A stretch of DNA of 64,000 nt from Microthyrium microscopicum (taxonomy: Eukaryota), in contig MU004242.1 in assembly GCA_010405405.1 (NCBI GenBank), positions 159,751 to 223,750 of the forward strand, written 5' to 3'. Below the pieces are notes generated by a model. It made no database searches. It was not told where the DNA came from and saw only the letters and a list, made by a program, of their open reading frames with translations. Of this stretch, positions 57,902 through 64,000 are shown piece after piece; positions within the stretch are counted from its first letter, which is position 1, and each line of letters opens with the position of its first letter. Both the position numbers and the translations under genes were made by a program.

Positions 57902-60900
57902 ATGGATCTTCAACGCCAAGAGTACCCGTCTATGCTGGTCCGTCATCCTATCGTCATAAACATATCCGCCAAAACCACTTTCTTCAATACTGACATTATC
58001 ACCATCTAGAAATCCCTCCAGCCTACCCAAGCAGTAACTCTATTAAATGGTAGACTGAACCATATTCGAGCCATCAATTCCGACGTCGCCGAATGGCTTC
58101 TAGTGCGTTTTTACCCATTCCCAGCCTCAGCCTTGGTCGCTACAATTTGCTGACCGCGTACCTGCAGGAACGACGGCGCATTGAAGAACAATATGCCATT
58201 TCATTGCGCAAACTATCCAAGAAGCCATTGAGTCAGGATCAGCTCGATTTGGGGTATGTTATACAATCCCGTCCATCGGTGCCACTCTAATAAGCTTTAG
58301 CATATTTACCACGCCATGGCAGAAAATCGTCGAGTCTACCGAGACGCTAGCCAATTCCCATCACACATTCGCCCGTAATATCGAAGGCGAAGTCGAAAAG
58401 CCATTGCGCAATTTTCCCCAGACAAGTCGAGAAATGGCCAATATGGAAAACATCCAAGGCAACATTGGTGCACTCGCCAGAGATTTTGATAACGCCAATA
58501 AGAAGGTCGAAAAGCTCAATCAAAAAGGTGGCAAAGCTCCAGCAGATAAAGTCGCAAGTGCAGCTACCGAAGTTGAAGATTCAAAAAGTTCATGGGATTC
58601 GCAAGCCCCATATGTCTTTGAAAAACTACAAGAGGTCGACGAAATGCGATTGGAATTGCTGCAAAAATGTTTGACGCAGTTCTTGACGTTTACTGATGAA
58701 ACCAAGAACTCGTCGAGTGCTAGTGTCGAGCAATGTTTAAATTCTTTACTAAATGTTCAGGTGTCGGATGAAATTCAGCACTTCTCGATGAAGGCGCCAG
58801 GGTCAATTCCTGCTGTTAGGGAACGGAGAATGAGTCGTCCGCAGGCTCCTCCTTCCTTTGCAGAGACTAGCAGTCTGGCACCGCCTTCCATACCCGCTGA
58901 CGCCGCTAGTATGCGTTCAGACTCTTGTAAGTCTTGATCTTGACTCTTTTGTCCAAGTCAAAATACTCGCTCAAGCCCAATACTGATCATGACCAGTTCA
59001 AGACATTCCCACACCAATGCAGGAAAAGCGTCAGAGCAAATTTGGTGGTGGCTTAAAGAGACTTGGAACTGTAATCAAAGGTCGGCGGAATAGCACACAT
59101 CCATATAGCCAACCGTTGCAGTCGCCAGAAAAGAAGAGGTCTTCAACCAATATAGCTTCGAAATTCTCATCGTTTGGCAAAAGAACCAAAGATACACCCG
59201 ACGCGTTGTCGCCACAAGCAACGGGAAATTCTCGTCGATCAGATGGTCAGGGTTCAACGACTCCAAGACCATCTGACCTTGATCCACCAAGTTTGGACCG
59301 GGCTATATCTTCACATTCAAACGCACCACCAATCGAAAGTCCTTCGGAGTTCGCACCAGTTTTACCTGTTATCGCATCGTCAGCTCCTCTCACGAATGGA
59401 AATCACACACCCGTGCAAAGAGAAGTTGAACAACTTCAACCTCCTTTGGAACCTACAACATCCGTTCCGGCGAACATACCGGCACCAGTAAGGCATGGGC
59501 TCGTTTTGCAAAACGGTAGCGCTGACATTTCGCAGGTGATAGAAGAGCCAGAACCAGAACCAGCTCCGCTCTCCGGTCCAGATGCCATTACTCAAGCTAT
59601 GAACGAAGCAGCCATGTAAGCAAGTTGACTGGTCTGTTATAGAAAATGCTGACTGTTCAGGTTAAATCCCGATGGGTCTCAAGCGCAATTCAAGGTTGAT
59701 ATAAAAAATGCACCAATTCAGGAAGAAGATGGTGATGCTACAGCCGCTTTAGCAAGTGTAGCAAATGCTCTTCGATCGGTAAGCTTCATTTAGTCGGGTT
59801 GAACTATTCGCTGATCCTTTATAGCAAGCAACTCCACGACGTAATCCAACTCTTCGAGGACGAAGAGATCGTAATACTATTATCGTACCTAGTCCTTCCG
59901 TTCCAGAGCTTCCCACGGTGTCAGCACTTGCATCGACATCAGCCTCTTCACTTCCAACCTCTCCTAATCCCAATACACAAAGCCCGACGCCACCTTTGGC
60001 TGCAACACCATTCAAATTGGCCCATCGATCTACTCTTGGAACAGATGATGGTGCAGCTTCAGATACCCACTCCATCCGATCTGGAAGGTCACTAAGCAGT
60101 ACCATGAGCAATACCGTTCGTCATCCAGACATGCATTCGCCCGGTCTCAACGCATCAATCGTCGAAACAGTAAGCGCATGGTTCGTAGGCGGTGAATGCA
60201 CAAAAGCCGTAGAAATCGGAGAAGTCGCCCTAGTCTTTAATTCCCACGATTCCGCGGAACCATCCGGCACCGAAACCATTCGATTCGACCACTTCAACAC
60301 ATTAGAAAAGGTTGCTCCTAATCCCGTCTTCATCGACCCCGTAGCCAACAAAGATGGCAACTACACAGTAAATCTTTCCCACATCGCACGCACTTCCGTC
60401 GCATTCAAATATCAAGTACATCTAGACGCCTCCAGCGCCTCAACTTCTGCTCCCCTTCGCCTTATCCCAGCATGGAAGGTTGGCGCTGAACAAACACTTC
60501 TTATGTTGACCTACTCCCTCAACCCCTCTTTCACCCCCAAAATCGCATCCGGCGTCTCGGCTGTCCATCTCACCAACGTCGTTCTCATAGCACATCTCGA
60601 TCCTGGTGCAGGCAAAATATCCCGCTGCCAGGCCCAAGGTGGTGGTGTCTATGATCGTCAGCGCAACATCGTCTATTGGCGCCTCAACGAAATCACACTC
60701 ACCAAAGATGCGCCTGCCCAAGCGCTGCGCGCACGCTTCTTTACGGAAGGCGAGGCGAAGCCGGGCCATGCAGAAGCAAGATGGGAGCTGGCGGGCGAGC
60801 AACTAGCAATGATGGGCAGTGGGATTGGACTAAGTCGCATGGACGCAGTGACACCTAAGCCAGCAGTGGAAGGTGAGGAGGCGGATCCATTTGCTGATGC

Positions 60901-61015
60901 TGATGCAGAGGAGAGTGGTGTGCCTACGCCGACGGTGAGTTGGACCGATGTTGCGACGGTGCGAAAGTTGAGGAGTGGGACGTATTCAGCAGAGGCCGCG
61001 CCTGTCAGTCCGTGA
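57902..61015 (+). CDS. SYP1: Muniscin endocytic adaptor (F-BAR plus mu-homology domain), multi-exon
   Basis: MDLQRQEYPSML..., ERRRIEEQYAISLRKL, WDSQAPYVFEKLQEVDEMRL; C-terminal PGLNASIVETVSAWF...GEVAL...LEKVAPNP. Confidence 0.9.
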
Positions 61016-61653
61016 TAATTGTCTCGAAGATGGGTTCATTAGATTGAGGCGGTTAATGTGCTCGAAAGCGTTTTCAGAGACAGAGACTGGTGCAATCGGC
61101 CGTGTATATAGCACAAAGATGTGGTAATCAAATCTTTCTTGACCCTAGTATTCATACCATCGCCAATTCACCTGGGCCTTGAATATTTTATACTTTATAT
61201 AAACGCAGCATCGATTCAGCGCTAGGCCAGATCGTCTCTGAAGGAACCAAGTCTCATTACTTGGCGCCAATCAGGGCAAAGCCATTCTAGTCTAGCGCCC
61301 TTGCGGCTAACCACCACGACACAGATCCGACCCAACGTACTCATCAGCTTACATACATGCAAACCATCTGACCTCCGTTTCACACATCCTACATTTCCTC
61401 CTCTCCTGCTTTTCTTTTTTTGTTCCATTCTCGTGTTTGTTTGCGACTGTGAACCGCATATTTGTATATACACTCCCTCGACAACTTCCTACCGCACGCG
61501 ACTTTTCCGACCCCTTATTACATATCTGTCGAACAACATACGAACTATTCCTCCGCTGACGAGCTGCTACGATACACGAACCTCGAATACACACGATTTG
61601 TTCCAGTTGCATGGCACCCTCATAGCCCACCGCTCCTTTCTTCCTTCCGCGGC

Positions 61654-63223
61654 ATGCCCGCTAATGATAATCACTTGGAGATGAGCGACCTTCTCTCCAA
61701 CAGCCCGAGTCCGCGACCGGAAGGACAATCAAATGGTAGCACGCACAACAATAACACTGCACGACGGCGCAGTGTGGGAACGAATGCAGTACTCGATGCA
61801 GCGACGCAAGCACAGTTGACAGGCATGGAGCAAAAGGCGGCAGACCGCAAATTTTGGCGGCAGACGGTTGTGAATGCGACGTTGATTGGGTTGTGGTATT
61901 TGTTTAGTATTAGTATTACTGTTGTAAGTCACGACACCCCAAGAATACGAGAGTGTGTTGCTGATGAGAGGATACAGTATAACAAGTGGATGTTTACGGA
62001 CGAACCGGATAATCCAGAGACGATTGTGTTTCCGTTTCCGCTGTTTACGACGTGTGTACACATGTTGGTGCAGTTTTGTCTGGCGAGTCTGGTGTTGTAC
62101 TTTATGCCGGATTTCAGACCTACGAATGGAGAGGTCTTTGATCCGACGAGTCAGAAGCCGATTATGACGAGGATGTTTTATCTTACGAGGATAGGGCCTT
62201 GTGGTGCTGCGACGAGTTTGGATATTGGGTTGGGGAATATGAGCTTTAAGTTCATTACGTTGACGTTTTATAGTATGTTGGCACGTCCTATTTTCCAAGA
62301 CTGACCACTGACTGTTGTTTCTAGCAATGTGTAAATCCTCCGTACTCGGATTCGTCCTACTCTTCGCCTTCATCTTCAAACTCGAAAAACCATCCTGGAA
62401 ACTCGGCGGTATAATAACAATGATGACTGTCGGCGTTGTCATGATGGTCGCTGGCGAAGCAGCCTTCAACCTCATCGGCTTTCTCCTCATCATGTCTTCC
62501 GCTGCGTCCTCCGGCTTCCGCTGGTCTCTCACACAAATCCTCCTAATCCGCCATCCTGCAACATCGAACCCCTTTTCCTCCATATTCTTCCTCGCGCCCG
62601 TCATGTTCATCACACTCCTCGTAATCGCCATCCCCATCGAAGGCTTCTCCGGCCTCGCAGCAGCATTTAGCGCACTCGTATCCGCAAAGGGACCTATACT
62701 GGCTCCACTCATCCTCCTATTCCCTGGAATATTAGCATTTTGCATGACAGCTTCAGAATTCGCACTCCTGCAGAGAACATCCGTAGTAACGCTGAGCATC
62801 TGCGGCATCTTCAAAGAAGTTCTCACCATCAGCACAGCCAGCCTCGTATTCGGCGACCAACTCACCCCCATCAACAGCGTCGGTCTCGTCGTCACCATCG
62901 GCACAATCGGCGTTTACAACTATATGAAAATCAAGGCCATGCGCGAAGGCACGCGTGCGCAAATTCATGACTCCTATGAGCATGGGGAGTACACGCCCGT
63001 CGCTGGGTTGGACGACGATGATCTGGAGAGTATGGTGGGCGACAGTCCGGCTGAGGATGGGGGTCTGCTGGAGGGAAGGAAACGGGCCGCTACGGGCAGT
63101 GGGCTTAAGCCGGCGGGACTTATGGCGAAGAGCTTGAGTGTTTCGACGGGTGGTGGTGGTGGGAGGGGTTTGGATAGTCCGACGAAGACGTCGCCGCTTA
63201 AAAGGCCCGAGGATCTGGAATAA
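61654..63223 (+). CDS. Triose-phosphate/nucleotide-sugar transporter family protein (SLC35C2/Ymd8-like), two introns
   Basis: WYLFSISIT.YNKWMF, FPFPLFTTCVHMLVQF, ATSLDIGLGNMS, MCKSSVLGFVLLFA, SGFRWSLTQILL, TLSICGIFKEVLTI. Confidence 0.93.
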
Positions 63224-63783
63224 AGCGCAATCACTCGCCTGGGAATACTGGGCAATGTGTAAACAGTACCGAAAGGCCTGATCTAATAGTCCATCGGTTG
63301 GCTGTAGTTCATAGATACGAAACTTTTATATTCACAAGAACATGCGAAAACTTGCTGCTCTGAGTAGAAGCATCACACATTTCGTGTGTACATATTTTTC
63401 TAACATCGCATTTACACCAGTATACCATGCTCATCAAACAATATAAAACCATACCCCATCTGTCTCGGACTCCATTTCCCATGTGCAACTCTGTACCCTC
63501 TGCAAAAAAAAAGTCTCCGACACGCGTTTGTGGCGGCTTTGGCGTCTACTAGCTTCACGGCTGTTCTTTCTTAGCGCGTGCAACTAAACCCCTTTTGTTC
63601 TCACACCGTTCTGCCAATGCGACACTGATTCAACAACAAAGTCTCGGACTTTCGGCTGGTTGGAGAAATATCTCTCTTACGGTTCAATACTTTCTTTACC
63701 CCTTTCTGAGCTGTTGATATGAACGGCACTTTTGTTCGCTCGATATTCTTTCTGGATAATCTGCAGCGCTCAAAGGCCGCAAA

Positions 63784-63824
63784 CTCGCAAGGAAGCTCGC
63801 AGGCTCGCAGGCTCGCAGGCTCGC
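63784..63824 (+). repeat. Short 8-bp tandem repeat (GCTCGCAG), three to four units
   Basis: ctcgcaaggaa followed by gctcgcag gctcgcag gctcgcag gctcgc seen directly. Confidence 0.7.
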
Positions 63825-64000
63825 TGACGGTCGGAGCGGATTGTGAGCAGTCAATCAGCCTGGAAGTGACCACGCATTGACGACACGGATAATCTGGATT
63901 GATCATAACTCCCTCCTCCAAACGGCGCAGAAAGAATTTCTCTGTTCTCTTTCTTCCTCAACCTCTTCTCCGAACACGATGGCGAAACCAACACAATCCC

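Noticed and set aside
61729..62904. 391-aa antisense ORF (and similar ones at 23872-24543, 41351-41986 and 48901-49560)
   Set aside because: Shadow ORFs opposite well-conserved genes, explained by codon bias; no independent domain signal.
63601..64000. 106-aa minus-strand ORF, or a gene start at 63979
   Set aside because: The minus ORF has a non-ATG start and no motif. Only seven codons follow the plus-strand ATG before the window ends, which is insufficient evidence.

Overview
Eukaryotic, intron-containing DNA from a filamentous ascomycete (GT-AG introns of about 50 nt with CTRAC/CTAAY branch points). It is mostly housekeeping genes: RPL18, a mitochondrial carrier, a DENND6-like gene, PRP3, a SEC24-family gene, a GH3 beta-glucosidase, TPS1, a 3-oxoacid CoA-transferase, 5-oxoprolinase, an Elongin A-like gene, MED4, SYP1 and a TPT/SLC35C2-type transporter. 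Two accessory blocks sit among them. The first (about 9-14 kb) holds a Cys-rich tail protein and a tandem DUF1772-like pair with a decayed retropepsin fragment between the copies. The second (about 28-40.5 kb) holds a UIM/Zn protein, three tandem Reb1/TTF1-like Myb paralogs and an orphan gene. The most striking observation is a mitochondrially targeted non-canonical poly(A) polymerase-family ORF (886 aa) that ends in the leaky stop context TGA-CTA-G. That stop is followed by a stem-loop and 1052 further in-frame sense codons, which predicts a programmed-readthrough protein of 1939 aa. Other highlights are a rod-like hairpin filling RPL18 intron 1, an 82-aa microprotein gene with an AUG-free leader and dense CreA/Mig1 sites, and kb-scale C/A-to-G/T skew waves. 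All product calls come from motif recognition by eye; no searches were run.
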